A stretch of 64,000 bases of DNA from Eledone cirrhosa. Its lineage: Eukaryota. Location: positions 14,012,001 through 14,076,000 of the forward strand of contig OZ024740.1 of assembly GCA_964016885.1 (NCBI GenBank). Direction: 5' to 3'. The notes beneath the pieces were generated by a model. It was not told the DNA's origin and searched no databases. It worked only from the letters and a program-made list of their open reading frames with translations. How positions within the stretch are numbered: position 1 is the first letter of the stretch; every line of letters begins with the position of its first letter. The position numbers and the translations under genes were made by a program. This document shows positions 1 to 15,000 of this stretch, piece by piece.

Positions 1-3000
1 GTGGTAGAGATAGGGTGGTGTGGTAGAGATAGGGTGGTATGGTAGAGATAGGTTGGTGTGGTAGAGATAGGGTGGTGTGGTAGAGATAGGGTGGTGTGGT
101 AGAGATAGGGTGGTGTGGTAGAGATAGGGTGGTATGGTAGAGATAGGGTGGTGTGGCAGAGTAAGGGTGGTATCGTAGAGATAGGGTGGTATGGCAGAGA
201 TAGGGTGGTGTGGTAGAGATAGGGTGATATGGTAGAGATAGGGTGGTATGGCAGAAAAAGGGTGGTATGGCAGAGATAGGGTGGTATGGTAGAGATAGGG
301 TGGTGTGGTAGAGATAGGGTTATATGGTAGAGATAGGGTGGTGTGGTAGAGAAAGGGTGGTATGGCAGAGATAGCGTGGTATGGTAGAGATAGGGTGGTG
401 TGGAAGAGATAGGGTGATATGGTAGAGATAGGGTGGTATGGCAGAGATAGGGTGGTATGGCAGAGATAGGGTGGTATGGCAGAGATAGGTTGGTGTGGTA
501 GAGATAGGGTGGTGTGGTAGAGATGGGGTGGTGTGGTAGAGATAGGGTGGTGTGGTAGAGATAGGGTGGTGTGGTAGAGATAGGATGGTTTGGTAGAGAT
601 AGGGTGGTATGGTAGAGATAGGGTGGTATGGCAGAGATAGGTTGGTGTGGTAGAGATAGGGTGGTGTGGTAGAGATGGGGTGGTGTGGTAGAGATAGGGT
701 GGTGTGGTAGAGATAGGGTGGTGTGGTAGAGATAGGATGGTTTGGTAGAGATAGGGTGGTATGGTAGAGATAGGGTGGTGTGGTAGAGATAGGGTGGTAT
801 GGTAGAGATAGGGTGGTTTAGTAGAGATAAGGTGGTCTGTTAGAGATAGGGTGGTATGGCAGAGATAGGGTGGTATGGTAGAGATAGGGTGGTGTGGTAG
901 AGAAAGTGTGGTATGGTAGAGATAGGGTGGTATGGCAGAGTTAGGGTGGTGTGGTAGAGATAGGGTGGTATGGTAGAGATAGGGTGGTGTGGTAGAGATA
1001 GGGTGATGTGGTAGAGATAGGGTGGTATGGCAGAGATAGGGTGGTGTGGCAGAGATAGGGTGGTGAGGTAGAGATAGGGTGGTGTGGTAGAGATAGGGTG
1101 GTATGGTAGAGATAGTGTGGTGTGGTAGATATAGGGTGGTATGGCAGAGATAGGGTGGTGTGGCAGAGATAGGGTGGTGTGGCAGAGATAGGGTGGTATG
1201 GCAGAGATAGGGTGGTGTGGCAGAGATAGGGTGGTATGGTAGAGATAGGGTGGTATGGTAGAGATAGCGTGGTGTGGTAGAGATAGGGTGGTATGGCAGA
1301 GTTAGGGTGGTGTGGTAGATATAGGGTGGTATGGAAGAGATAGGGTGGTGTGGTAGAGATAGGGTGGTGTGGTAGAGATAGGGTGGTATGGCAGATATAG
1401 GGTGGTGTGGCAGAGATAGGGTGGTGTGGTAGAGATAGGGTGGTGTGGTAGAGATAGGGTGGTATGGTAGAGATAGGGTGGTGTGGTAGAGATAGGGTGG
1501 TGTGGTAGAGATAGGGTAATATGCTAGAGATATGGTGGTATGGCAGAGAAAGGGTGGTATGGCAGAGATAGGGTGGTATGGTAGAGATAGGGTGGTGTGG
1601 TAGAGATAGGGTGATATGGTAGAGATAGGGTGGTGTGGTTGAGAAAGGGTGGTATGGCAGAGATAGCGTGGTATGGTAGAGATAGGGTGGTGTGGTAGAG
1701 AAAGGGTGGTAGGGTAGAGGTAGGGTGGTATGGTAGAGATAGGGTGTTGTGGCAGAGATAGGGTGGTATGGTAGAGATAGGGTGGTATGATAGAGATAGC
1801 GTGGTGTGGTAGAGATAGGGTGGTATGGTAGAGATAGGTTGGTGTGGTAGAGATAGGGTGGTGTGGTAGAGATAGGGTGGTATGGTAGAGATAGGTTGGT
1901 GTGGTAGAGATAGTGTGGTGTGGTAGAGATAGGGTGGTGTGGTAGAGATAGGGTGGTGTGGTAGAGATAGGGTGGTATGGTAGAGATAGGGTGGTGTGGC
2001 AGAGTAAGGGTGGTATCGTAGAGATAGGGTGGTATGGCAGAGATAGGGTGGTGTGGTAGAGATAGGGTAATATGCTAGAGATATGGTGGTATGGCAGAGA
2101 AAGGGTGGTATGGCAGAGATAGGGTGGTATGGTAGAGATAGGGTGGTGTGGTAGAGATAGGGTGATATGGTAGAGATAGGGTGGTGTGGTTGAGAAAGGG
2201 TGGTATGGCAGAGATAGCGTGGTATGGTAGAGATAGGGTGGTGTGGTAGAGATAGGGTGGTATGGTAGGTATAGGTTGGTGTAGTAGAGATAGGGTGGTG
2301 TGGTAGAGATAGGGTGGTGTGGTAGAGATAGGGTGGTGTGGTAGAGATAGGTTGGTGTGGTAGAGATAGGGTGGTATGGTAGAGATAGGATGGTGTGGTA
2401 GAGAAAGGGTGGTATGGTAGAGATAGGGTGGTTTGGCAGAGTTAGGGTGGTGTGGTAGAGATAGGGTGGTATGGTAGAGATAGGGTGCTGTGGTAGAGAT
2501 AGGGTGGTGTGGTAGAGATAGGGTGGTATGGCAGAGATAGGGTGGTGTGGCAGAGATAGGGTGGTGTGGCAGAGATAGGGTGGTATGGTAGAGATAGGGT
2601 GGTATGGTAGAGATAGGGTGGTGTGGTAGAGATAGGGTGGTATGGCAGAGTTAGGGTGGTGTGGTAGAGATAGGGTGGTATGGTAGAGATAGGGTGGTGT
2701 GGTAGAGATAGGGTGGTGTGGTAGAGATAGGGTGGTATGGCAGAGATAGGGTGGTGTGGCAGAGATAGGGTGGTGTGGTAGAGATAGGGTGGTGTGGTAG
2801 AGATAGGGTGTTGTGGCAGAGATAGGGTGGTATGGTAGAGATAGGGTGGTATGATAGAGATAGCGTGGTGTGGTAGAGATAGGGTGGTATGGTAGAGATA
2901 GGTTGGTGTGGTAGAGATAGGGTGGTGTGGTAGAGATAGGGTGGTATGGTAGAGATAGGGTGGTATGGTAGAGATAGGGTGGTGTGGTAGAGATAGGTTG

Positions 3001-6000
3001 ATATGGTAGAGATAGAGTGGTATGGTAGAGATAGGGTGGTGTGGTAGAGAAAGTGTGGTAGGGTAGAGATAGGGTGGTATGGTAGAGATAGTGTGTTGTG
3101 GCAGAGATAGTGTGGTATGGTAGAGATAGGGTGGTATGATAGAGATAGCGTGGTGTGGTAGAGATAGGGTGGTATGGTAGAGATAGGTTGGTGTGGTAGA
3201 GATAGGGTGGTGTGGTAGAGATAGGGTGGTATGGTAGAGATAGGTTGGTGTCGTAGAGATAGGGTGGTGTGGTAGAGATAGGGTGGTGTGGTAGAGATAG
3301 GGTGGTATGGTAGAGATAGGGTGGTGTGGCAGAGTAAGGGTGGTATCGTAGAGATAGGGTGGTATGGCAGAGATAGGGTGGTGTGGTAGAGATAGGGTGG
3401 TGTGGTAGAGATAGGGTGATATGGTAGAGATAGGGTGGTGTGGTAGAGAAAGGGTGGTATGGCAGAGATAGCGTGGTATGGTAGAGATAGGGCGGTGTGT
3501 TAGAGATAGGGTGGTTTGGTAGACATAGGGTGGTGTGTTAGAGATAGGGTGGTATGGCAGAGATAGGGTGGTATGGTAGAGATAGGGTGGTGTGGTAGAG
3601 AAAGGGTGGTATGGTAGAGATAGGGTGGTATGGCAGAGTTAGGGTGGTGTGGTAGAGATAGGGTGGTACGATAGAGATAGGGTGGTGTGGTAGAGATAGG
3701 CTGGTATGGCAGAGATAGGGTGGTGTGGCAGAGATAGGGTGGTGTGGTAGAGATAGGGTGGTGTGGTAGAGATAGGGTGGTATGGTAGAGATAGGGTGGT
3801 GTGGTAGAGATAGGGTGGTGTGGTAGAGATAGGGTGGTATGGCAGAGATAGTATGGTGTGGCAGAGATAGGGTGGTGTGGCAGAGATAGGGTGGTGTGGC
3901 AGAGATAGGGTGGTATGGCAGAGATAGGGTGGTGTGGCAGAGATAGTATGGTGTGGCAGAGATAGCGTGGTATGGCAGAGATAGGGTGGTGTGGCAGAGA
4001 TAGGGTGGTGTGGCAGAGATAGGGTGGTGTCGTAGAGATAGGGTGGTGTGGTAGAGATAGGGTGGTATGGTAGAGATAGGGTGGTGTGGTAGAGATAGGG
4101 TGGTGTGGTAGAGATAGGGTGGTATGGCAGAGATAGGGTGGTGTGGCAGAGATAGGGTGGTGTGGCAGAGATAGGGTGGTGTGGTAGAGATAGGGTGGTG
4201 TGGTAGAGAAAGGGTCGTAGGGTAGAGATAGGGTGGTATGGTAGAGATAGTGTGTTGTGGCAGAGATAGGGTGGTATGGTAGAGATAGGGTGGTATGATA
4301 GAGATAGCGTGGTGTGGTAGAGATAGGGTGGTATGGTAGAGATAGGTTGGTGTGGTAGAGATAGGGTGGTGTGGTAGAGATAGGGTGGTGTGGTAGAGAT
4401 AGGGTGGTGTGGTAGAGATAGGGTGGTATGGTAGAGATAGGGTGGTGTGGCAGAGTAAGGGTGGTATCGTAGAGATAGGGTGGTATGGCAGAGATAGGGT
4501 GGTGTGGTAGAGATAGGGTGATAGGGTAGAGATAGGGTGGTATGGCAGAGAAAGGGTGGTATGGCAGAGATAGGGTGGTATGGTAGAGATAGGGTGGTGT
4601 GGTAGAGATAGGGTGATATGGTAGAGATAGGGTGGTATGGTAGAGATAGGGTGGTATGGTAGAGATAGGGTGGTGTGGTAGAGATAGGGTGGTGTGGTAG
4701 AGATAGGTTGGTGTGGTAGAGATAGGGTGGTATGGTAGAGATAGGGTGGTATGGCAGAGATAGGGTGGTATGGCAGAGATAGGGTGGTATGGTAGAGATA
4801 GGGTGGTGTGGCAGAGATAGGGTGGTGTGCTAGAGATAGGGTGGTATGGCAGAGATAGGGTGGTGTGGTAGAGATAGGGTGGTATGGTAGAGATAGGGTG
4901 GTGTGGCAGAGATAGGGTGGTATGGCAGAGATAGGGTGGTGTGGCAGAGATAGGGTGGTGTGGTAGAGATAGGGTGGTGTGGTAGAGATAGGGTGGTATG
5001 GTAGAGATAGGGTGGTGTGGTAGAGATAGGGTGGTGTGGTAGAGATAGGGTGGTATGGCAGAGATAGGGTGGTGTGGCAGAGATAGGGTGGTGTGGCAGA
5101 GATAGGGTGGTATGGCAGAGATAGGGTGTTGTGGCAGAGATAGGGTGGTATGGCAGAGATAGGGTGGTGTGGCAGAGATAGGGTGGTGTGGTAGAGATAG
5201 GGTGGTGTGGTAGAGATAGGGTGGTATGGTAGAGATAGGTTGGTGTGGTAGAGATAGGGTGGTGTGGTAGAGATAGGGTGGTATGGCAGAGATAGGGTGG
5301 TGTGGCAGAGATAGGGTGGTGTGGCAGAGATAGGGTGGTGTGGTAGAGATAGGGTGGTGTGGTAGAGAAAGGGTGGTATGGCAGAGATAGGGTGGTATGG
5401 CAGAGATAGGGTGGTATGGCAGAGATAGAGTGGTGTGGCAGATATAGGGTGGTGTGGTAGAGATAGGGTGGTATGGTAGAGATAGGGTGGTGTGGTAGAG
5501 ATAGGGTGGTGTGGTAGAGATAGGGTGGTATGGTAGGGATAGGGTGGTGTAGTAGAGAGAGGGTGGTGTGGTAGAGATAGGGTGGTGTGGTAGAGATAGG
5601 GTGGTGTGGTAGAGATAGGGTGGTGTGGTAGAGATAGGGTGGTATGGTAGAGATAGGGTGGTGTGGTAGAGATAGGGTGGTGTGGTAGAGATAGGGTGGT
5701 ATGGTAGGGATAGGGTGGTGTAGTAGAGATAGGGTGGTGTGGTAGAGATAGGGTGGTGTGGTAGAGATAGGGTGGTGTTGTAGAGATAGGTTGGTGTGGT
5801 AGAGATAGGGTGGTATGGTAGAGATAGGGTGGTATGGCAGAGATAGGGTGGTGTGGCAGAGATAGGGTGGTATGGTAGAGATAGGGTGGTGTGGCAGAGA
5901 TAGGGTGGTGTGCTAGAGATAGGGTGGTATGGCAGAGATAGGGTGGTATGGTAGAGATAGTGTGGTATGGTAGAGATAGGGTGGTGTGGTAGAGATAGGG

Positions 6001-9000
6001 TGGTGTGGTAGATATAGGGTGGTGTGGTAGAGATAGGTTGGTATGGTAGAGATAGGGTGGTATGGCAGCGATAGGCTGGTGTGGCAGAGATAGGGTGGTA
6101 TTGCAGAGATAGGGTGGTGTGGCAGAGATAGGGTGGTATGGCAGAGATAGGGTGGTATGGTAGAGATAGGGTGGTATGGTAGAGATAGGGTGGTGTGGTA
6201 GAGATAGGGTGGTGTGGTAGAGATAGGTTGGTGTGGTAGAGATAGGGTGGTATGGTAGAGATAGGGTGGTATGGCAGAGATAGGGTGGTATGGCAGAGAT
6301 AGGGTGGTATGGTAGAGATAGGGTGGTGTGGCAGAGATAGGGTGGTGTGCTAGAGATAGGGTGGTATGGCAGAGATAGGGTGGTGTGGTAGAGATAGGGT
6401 GGTATGGTAGAGATAGGGTGGTGTGGCAGAGATAGGGTGGTATGGCAGAGATAGGGTGGTGTGGCAGAGATAGGGTGGTGTGGTAGAGATAGGGTGGTGT
6501 GGTAGAGATAAGGTGGTATGGTAGAGATAGGGTGGTGTGGTAGAGATAGGGTGGTGTGGTAGAGATAGGGTGGTATGGCAGAGATAGGGTGGTGTGGCAG
6601 AGATAGGGTGGTGTGGCAGAGATAGGGTGGTATGGCAGAGATAGGGTGGTGTGGCAGAGATAGGGTGGTATGGCAGAGATAGGGTGGTGTGGCAGAGATA
6701 GGGTGGTGCGGTAGAGATAGGGTGGTGTGGTAGAGATAGGGTGGTATGGTAGAGATAGGTTGGTGTGGTAGAGATAGGGTGGTGTGGTAGAGATAGGGTG
6801 GTATGGCAGAGATAGGGTGGTGTGGCAGAGATAGGGTGGTGTGGCAGAGATAGGGTGGTGTGGTAGAGATAGGGTGGTGTGGTAGAGAAAGGGTGGTATG
6901 GCAGAGATAGGGTGGTATGGCAGAGATAGGGTGGTATGGCAGAGATAGAGTGGTGTGGCAGAGATAGGGTGGTGTGGTAGAGATAGGGTGGTATGGTAGA
7001 GATAGGGTGGTGTGGTAGAGATAGGGTGGAGTGGTAGAGATAGGGTGGTATGGTAGGGATAGGGTGGTGTAGTAGAGATAGGGTGGTGTGGTAGAGATAG
7101 GGTGGTGTGGTAGAGATAGGGTGGTGTGGTAGAGATAGGGTGGTGTGGTAGAGATAGGGTGGTATGGTAGAGATAGGGTGGTGTGGTAGAGATAGGGTGG
7201 TGTGGTAGAGATAGGGTGGTATGGTAGGGATAGGGTGGTGTAGTAGAGATAGGGTGTTGTGGTAGAGATAGGGTGGTGTGGTAGAGATAGGGTGGTGTTG
7301 TAGAGATAGGTTGGTGTGGTAGAGATAGGGTGGTATGGTAGAGATAGGGTGGTATGGCAGAGATAGGGTGGTGTGGCAGAGATAGGGTGGTATGGTAGAG
7401 ATAGGGTGGTGTGGCAGAGATAGGGTGGTGTGCTAGAGATAGGGTGGTATGGCAGAGATAGGGTGGTATGGTAGAGATAGGGTGGTATGGTAGAGATAGG
7501 GTGGTGTGGTAGAGATAGGGTGGTGTGGTAGATATAGGGTGGTGTGGTAGAGATAGGTTGGTATGGTAGAGATAGGGTGGTATGGCAGCGATAGGCTGGT
7601 GTGGCAGAGATAGGGTGGTATTGCAGAGATAGGGTGGTGTGGCAGAGATAGGGTGGTGTGGTAGAGATAGGGTGGTATGGCAGAGATAGGGTGGTATGGT
7701 AGAGATAGGGTGGTATGGTAGAGATAGGGTGGTGTGGTAGAGATAGGGTGGTGTGGTAGAGATAGTGTGGTGTGGTAGCGATAGGGTGGTGTGGTAGAGA
7801 TAGGGTGGTGTGGTAGAGATAGGGTGGTATGGTAGAGATAGGGTGGTATGGTAGAGATAGGGTGGTGTGGTAGAGATAGGGTGGTATGGTAGAGATAGGC
7901 TGGTATGGCAGCGATAGGCTGGTGTGGCAGAGATAGGGTGGTATTGCAGAGATAGGGTGGTGTGGCAGAGATAGGGTGGTGTGGTAGAGATAGGGTGGTA
8001 TGGCAGAGATAGGGTGGTATGGTAGAGATAGGGTGGTATGGTAGAGATAGGGTGGTGTGGTAGGGATAGGGTGGTGTGGTAGAGATAGTGTGGTGTGGTA
8101 GCGATAGGGTGGTGTGGTAGAGATAGGGTGGTGTGGTAGAGATAGGGTGGTATGGTAGAGATAGGGTGGTATGGTAGAGATAGGGTGGTGTGGTAGAGAT
8201 AGGGTGGTATGGTAGAGATAGAGTGGTATGGCAGAGATAGGTTGGTGTGGTAGAGATAGGGTGGTCTGGTAGAGATAGGGTGGTGTGGTAGAGATAGGGT
8301 GGTGTGGTAGAGATAGGGTGGTTTGGTAGAGATAGGGTGGTATGGTAGAGATAGGGTGGTGTGTTAGAGATAGGGTGGTATGGTAGAGATATGGTGGTGT
8401 GGTAGATATAGGGTGGTATGGTAGGGATAGGGTGGTGTGGCAGAGAATGGGTGTTGTTGCAGAGATAGGGTGGTGTGGCAGAGAATGGGTGGTGTGGTAG
8501 AGATAGGTTGGTTTGGTAGAGATAGGGTGGTATGGTAGAGATAGGGTGGTGTGGTAGTGATAGGGTGGTATGGTAGAGATAGGGTGGTATGGCAGAGATA
8601 GTGTGGTATGGTAGGGATAGGGTGGTATGGTAGAGATAGGGTGGTGTGGCAGAGATGGGGTGGTGTGGTAGAGATAGGGTGGTATGGTAGAGATAGTGTG
8701 GTGTGGCAGAGATAGGGTGGTATGGTAGGAATAGGGTAGTATGATAGAGATATGGTGGTGTGGCAGAGATAGGGTGGTGTGGCAGAGAATGGGTGGTGTG
8801 GTAGAGATAGGTTGGTATGGTAGAGATAGGGTGGTGTGGTAGAGATAGGGTGGTATGGTAGAGATAGGGTGGTGTGGCAGAGATAGGGTGGTATGGCAGA
8901 GATAGGGTGGTGTGGTAGAGATAGGGTGGTGTGGTAGAGATAGGGTGGTATGGTAGAGATAGGGTGGTATGGTAGAGATAGGGTGGTATGGTAGAGATAG

Positions 9001-12000
9001 GGTGGTATGGTAGAGATAGAGTGGTGTGGTAGAGATAGGGTGGTATGGTAGAGATAGGGTGGTATGGTAGAGATAGGGTGGTATGGTAGAGATAGGGTGG
9101 TATGGTAGAGATAGGGTCGTATGGTAGAGATAGGGTGGTATGGTAGAGATATGGTGGTGTGGTAGAGATAGGGTGGTATGGTAGAGATAGGGTGGTATGG
9201 TAGAGATAGGGTGGTATGGTAGAGATAGGGTGGTATGGTAGAGATAGGGTGGTGTGGTAGAGATAGGGTGGTATGGTAAAGATAGGGTGGCATGGAAGAG
9301 ATAGGCTGGTGTGGTAGGGATAGGGTGGTATGGTAGGGATAGGGTGGTATGGTAAAGATAGGGTGGTATGGAAGAGATAGGCTGGTGTGGTAGGGATAGG
9401 GTGGTATGGCAGAGATAGGATGGTGTGGTAGGGATAGGGTGTTGTAGTAGAGATAGGATGGTGTGGTAGAGATAGGGTGGTGTGGTAGAGATAGGGTGGT
9501 ATGGTAGAGATAGGGTGGTGTGGCAGAGATAGGGTGGTATGGCAGAGATAGGGTGGTGTGGTAGAGATAGAGTGGTGTGGTAGAGATAGGGTGGTATGGC
9601 AGAGATAGGGTGGTGTGGCAGAGATAGGGTGGTGTGGCAGAGATAGGGTGGTATGGCAGAGATAGGGTGGTGTGGCAGAGATAGGGTGGTATGGCAGAGA
9701 TAGGGTGGTGTGGCAGAGATAGGGTGGTGTGGTAGAGATAGGGTGGTGTGGTAGAGATAGGGTGGTATGGTAGAGATAGGTTGGTGTGGTAGAGATAGGG
9801 TGGTGTGGTAGAGATAGGGTGGTATTCCAGAGATAGGGTGGTGTGGCAGAGATAGGGTGGTGTGGCAGAGATAGGGTGGTGTGGTAGAGATAGGGTGGTG
9901 TGGTAGAGAAAGGGTGGTATGGCAGAGATAGGGTGGTATGGCAGAGATAGGGTGGTATGGCAGAGATAGAGTGGTGTGGCAGAGATAGGGTGGTGTAGTA
10001 GAGATAGGGTGGTGTGGTAGAGATAGGGTGGCGTGGTAGAGATAGGGTGGTGTTGTAGAGATAGGTTGGTGTGGTAGAGATAGGGTGGTGTGGTAGAGAT
10101 AGGTTGGTATGGTAGAGATAGGGTGGTATGGCAGCGATAGGTTGGTGTGGCAGAGATAGGGTGGTATTGCAGAGATAGGGTGGTGTGGCAGAGATAGGGT
10201 GGTATGGCAGAGATAGGGTGGTATGGTAGAGATAGGGTGGTATGGTAGAGATAGGGTGGTGTGGCAGAGATAGGGTGGTGTGGTAGAGATAGTGTGGTGT
10301 GGTAGCGATAGGGTGGTGTGGTAGAGATAGGGTGGTGTGGTAGAGATAGGGTGGTATGGTAGAGATAGGGTGGTATGGTAGAGATAGGGTGGTGTGGTAG
10401 AGATAGGGTGGTATGGTAAAGATAGGGTGGTATGGAAGAGATAGGCTGGTGTGGTAGGGATAGGGTGGTATGGTAGGGATAGGGTGGTATGGTAGAGATA
10501 GGGTGGTGTGGCAGAGATAGGGTGGTATGGCAGAGATAGGATGGTGTGGTAGAGATAGGGTGGTATGGTAGAGATAGAGTGGTATGGTAGAGATAGGGTG
10601 GTATGGTAGAGTTAGGTTTGTATGGTAGAGATAGGGTGGTGTGGTAGAGATAGGATGGTATGGTAGAGATAGGGTGGTATGGCAGAGATAGGGTGGTATG
10701 GTAGAGATAGGGTGGTATGGTAGGGATAGGGTAGTATGGTAGAGATAGGGTGGTGTGGCAGAGATAGGGTGGTGTGGCAGAGAAAGGGTGGTATGGCAGA
10801 GATAGGGTGGTATGGCAGAGATAGGGTGGTATGGCAGAGATAGGGTGGTGTGGCAGAGATAGGGTGGTGTGGTAGAGATAGGGTGGTATGGTAGAGATAG
10901 GGTGGTATGGCAGAGATAGGGTGGTGTGGCAGAGATAGGGTGGTGTGGTAGAGATAGGTTGGTATGGTAGAGATAGGGTGGTGTGGTAGAGATAGGGTGG
11001 TGTGGTAGAGATAGGATGGTATGGTAGGGATAGTGTGTTGTAGTAGAGATAGGGTGGTGTGGTAGAGATAGGGTGGTGTGGTAGAGATAGAGTGGTGTGG
11101 TAGAGATAGGGTGGTATGGTAGAGATAGGGTGGTGTGGTAGAGATAGGGTGGTGTGGTAGAGATAGGGTGGTATGGTAGAGATAGGGTGGTGTAGTAGAG
11201 ATAGGGTGGTGTGGTAGAGATAGGGTGGTGTGGTAGAGATAGGGTGGTGTGGTAGATATAGGTTGGTGTGGTAGAGATAGATTGGTATGGTAGAGATAGG
11301 GTGGTATGGTAGAGATAGGGTGGTGTGGTAGAGATAGGGTGGTGTGGTAGAGATAGGGTGGTATGGTAGGGATCGGGTGGTGCAGTAGAGATAGGGTGGT
11401 GTGGTAGAGATAGGGTGGTGTGGTAGAGATAGGGTGGTGTGGTAGAGATAGGTTGGTGTGGTAGAGATAGGGTGGTATGGTAGAGATAGGGTGGTATGGC
11501 AGAGATAGGGTGGTATGGCAGAGATAGGGTGGTATGGTAGAGATAGGGTGGTGTGGCAGAGATAGGGTGGTGTGCTAGAGATAGGGTGGTATGGCAGAGA
11601 TAGGGTGGTGTGGTAGAGATAGGGTGGTATGGTAGAGATAGGGTGGTGTGGCAGAGATAGGGTGGTATGGCAGAGATAGGGTGGTGTGGCAGAGATAGGG
11701 TGGTGTGGTAGAGATAGGGTGGTGTGGTAGAGATAGGGTGGTATGGTAGAGATAGGGTGGTGTGGTAGAGATAGGGTGGTGTGGTAGAGATAGGGTGGTA
11801 TGGCAGAGATAGGGTGGTGTGGCAGAGATAGGGTGGTGTGGCAGAGATAGGGTGGTATGGCAGAGATAGGGTGGTGTGGCAGAGATAGGGTGGTATGGCA
11901 GAGATAGGGTGGTGTGGCAGAGATAGGGTGGTGTGGTAGAGATAGTGTGGTGTGGTAGAGATAGGGTGGTATGGTAGAGATAGGCTGGTGTGGTAGAGAT

Positions 12001-15000
12001 AGGGTGGTGTGGTAGAGATAGGGTGGTATGGCAGAGATAGGGTGGTGTGGCAGAGATAGGGTGGTGTGGCAGAGATAGGGTGGTGTGGTAGAGATAGGGT
12101 GGTGTGGTAGAGAAAGGGTGGTATGGCAGAGATAGGGTGGTATGGCAGAGATAGGGTGGTATGGCAGAGATAGAGTGGTGTGGCAGAGATAGGGTGGTGT
12201 AGTAGAGATAGGGTGGTGTGGTAGAGATAGGGTGGTGTGGTAGAGATAGGGTGGTGTTGTAGAGATAGGTTGGTGTGGTAGAGATAGGGTGGTATGGTAG
12301 AGATAGGGTGGTATGGCAGAGATAGAGTGGTGTGGCAGAGATAGGGTGGTATGGTAGAGATAGGGTGGTGTGGCAGAGATAGGGTGGTGTGCTAGAGATA
12401 GGGTGGTATGGCAGAGATAGGGTGGTATGGTAGAGATAGGGTGGTATGGTAGAGATAGGGTGGTGTGGTAGAGATAGGGTGGTGTGGTAGATATAGGGTG
12501 GTGTGGTAGAGATAGGTTGGTATGGTAGAGATAGGGTGGTATGGCAGCGATAGGCTGGTGTGGCAGAGATAGGGTGGTATTGCAGAGATAGGGTGGTGTG
12601 GCAGAGATAGGGTGGTGTGGTAGAGATAGGGTGGTATGGCAGAGATAGGGTGGTATGGTAGAGATAGGGTGGTATGGTAGAGATAGGGTGGTGTGGTAGA
12701 GATAGGGTGGTGTGGTAGAGATAGTGTGGTGTGGTAGCGATAGGGTGGTGTGGTAGAGATAGGGTGGTGTGGTAGAGATAGGGTGATATGGTAGAGATAG
12801 GGTGGTATGGTAGAGATAGGGTGGTGTGGTAGAGATAGGGTGGTATGGTAGAGATAGGCTGGTATGGCAGAGACAGGGTGGTGTGGTAGAGATAGGGTGG
12901 TATGGTAGAGATAGGGTGGTATGGCAGAGATAGGTTGGTGTGGTAGAGATAGGGTGGTGTGGTAGAGATAGGGTGGTGTGGTAGAGATAGGGTGGTGTGG
13001 TAGAGATAGGGTGGTTTGGTAGAGATAGGGTGGTATGGTAGAGATAGGGTGGTGTGTTAGAGATAGGGTGGTATGGTAGAGATATGGTGGTGTGGTAGAT
13101 ATAGGGTGGTATGGTAGGGATAGGGTGGTGTGGCAGAGAATGGGTGTTGTTGCAGAGATAGGGTGGTGTGGCAGAGAATGGGTGGTGTGGTAGAGATAGG
13201 TTGGTTTGGTAGAGATAGGGTGGTATGGTAGAGATAGGGTGGTGTGGTAGTGATAGGGTGGTATGGTAGAGATAGGGTGGTATGGCAGAGATAGGGTGGT
13301 ATGGTAGGGATAGGGTGGTATGGTAGAGATAGGGTGGTGTGGCAGAGATGGGGTGGTGTGGTAGAGATAGGGTGGTATGGTAGAGATAGTGTGGTGTGGC
13401 AGAGATAGGGTGGTGTGGCAGAGATAGGATGGTGTGGCAGAGAATGGGTGGTGTGGTAGAGATAGGGTGGTATGGTAGAGATAGGGTGGTGTGGTAGAGA
13501 TAGGGTGGTATGGTAGAGATAGGGTGGTATGGCAGAGATAGGGTGGTATGGTAGGGATAGGGTGGTATGGTAGGGATAGGGTGGTATGGTAGAGATAGGG
13601 TGGTGTGGCAGAGATAGGGTGGTATGGCAGAGATAGGGTGGTGTGGTAGAGATAGGGTGGTGTGGTAGAGATAGGGTGGTATGGTAGAGATAGGGTGGTA
13701 TGGTAGAGATAGGGTGGTATGGTAGAGATAGGGTGGTATGGTAGAGATAGTGTGGTGTGGTAGAGATAGGGTGGTATGGTAGAGATAGGGTGGTATGGTA
13801 GAGATAGGGTGGTATGGTAGAGATAGGGTGGTATGGTAGAGATAGGGTCGTATGGTAGAGATAGGGTGGTATGGTAGAGATAGGGTGGTGTGGTAGAGAT
13901 AGGGTGGTATGGTAGAGATAGGGTGGTATGGTAGAGATAGGGTGGTATGGTAGAGATAGGGTGGTATGGTAGAGATAGGGTGGTGTGGTAGAGATAGGGT
14001 GGTATGGTAAAGATAGGGTGGTATGGAAGAGATAGGCTGGTGTGGTAGGGATAGGGTGGTATGGTAGGGATAGGGTGGTATGGTAGAGATAGGGTGGTGT
14101 GGCAGAGATAGGGTGGTATGGCAGAGATAGGATGGTGTGGTAGAGATAGGGTGGTATGGTAGAGATAGAGTGGTATGTTAGAGACAGGGTGGTATGGTAG
14201 AGATAGGGTGGTGTTGTAGAGATAGGTTGGTGTGGTAGAGATAGGGTGGTATGGTAGAGATAGGGTGGTATGGCAGAGATAGGGTGGTGTGGCAGAGATA
14301 GGGTGGTATGGTAGAGATAGGGTGGTGTGGCAGAGATAGGGTGGTGTGCTAGAGATAGGGTGGTATGGCAGAGATAGGGTGGTATGGTAGAGATAGGGTG
14401 GTATGGTAGAGATAGGGTGGTGTGGTAGAGATAGGGTGGTGTGGTAGATATAGGGTGGTGTGGTAGAGATAGGTTGGTATGGTAGAGATAGGGTGGTATG
14501 GCAGCGATAGGTTGGTGTGGCAGAGATAGGGTGGTGTGGTAGAGATAGGGTGGTATGGTAGAGATAGGGTGGTGTGGTAGAGATAGGGTGGTATGGTAGA
14601 GATAGGGTGGTGTGGCAGAGATAGGGTGGTGTGGTAGAGATAGGGTGGTATGGTAGAGATAGGGTGGTGTGGTAGAGATAGGGTGGTATGGTAGAGATAG
14701 GGTGGTATGGCAGAGATAGGGTGGTATGGTAGGGATAGGGTGGTATGGTAGGGATAGGGTGGTATGGTAGAGATAGGGTGGTGTGGCAGAGATAGGGTGG
14801 TATGGCAGAGATAGGGTGGTGTGGCAGAGATAGGGTGGTGTGGCAGAGATAGGGTGGTATGGCAGAGATAGGGTGGTGTGGCAGAGATAGGGTGGTATGG
14901 CAGAGATAGGGTGGTGTGGCAGAGATAGGGTGGTGTGGTAGAGATAGTGTGGTGTGGTAGAGATAGGGTGGTATGGTAGAGATAGGTTGGTGTGGTAGAG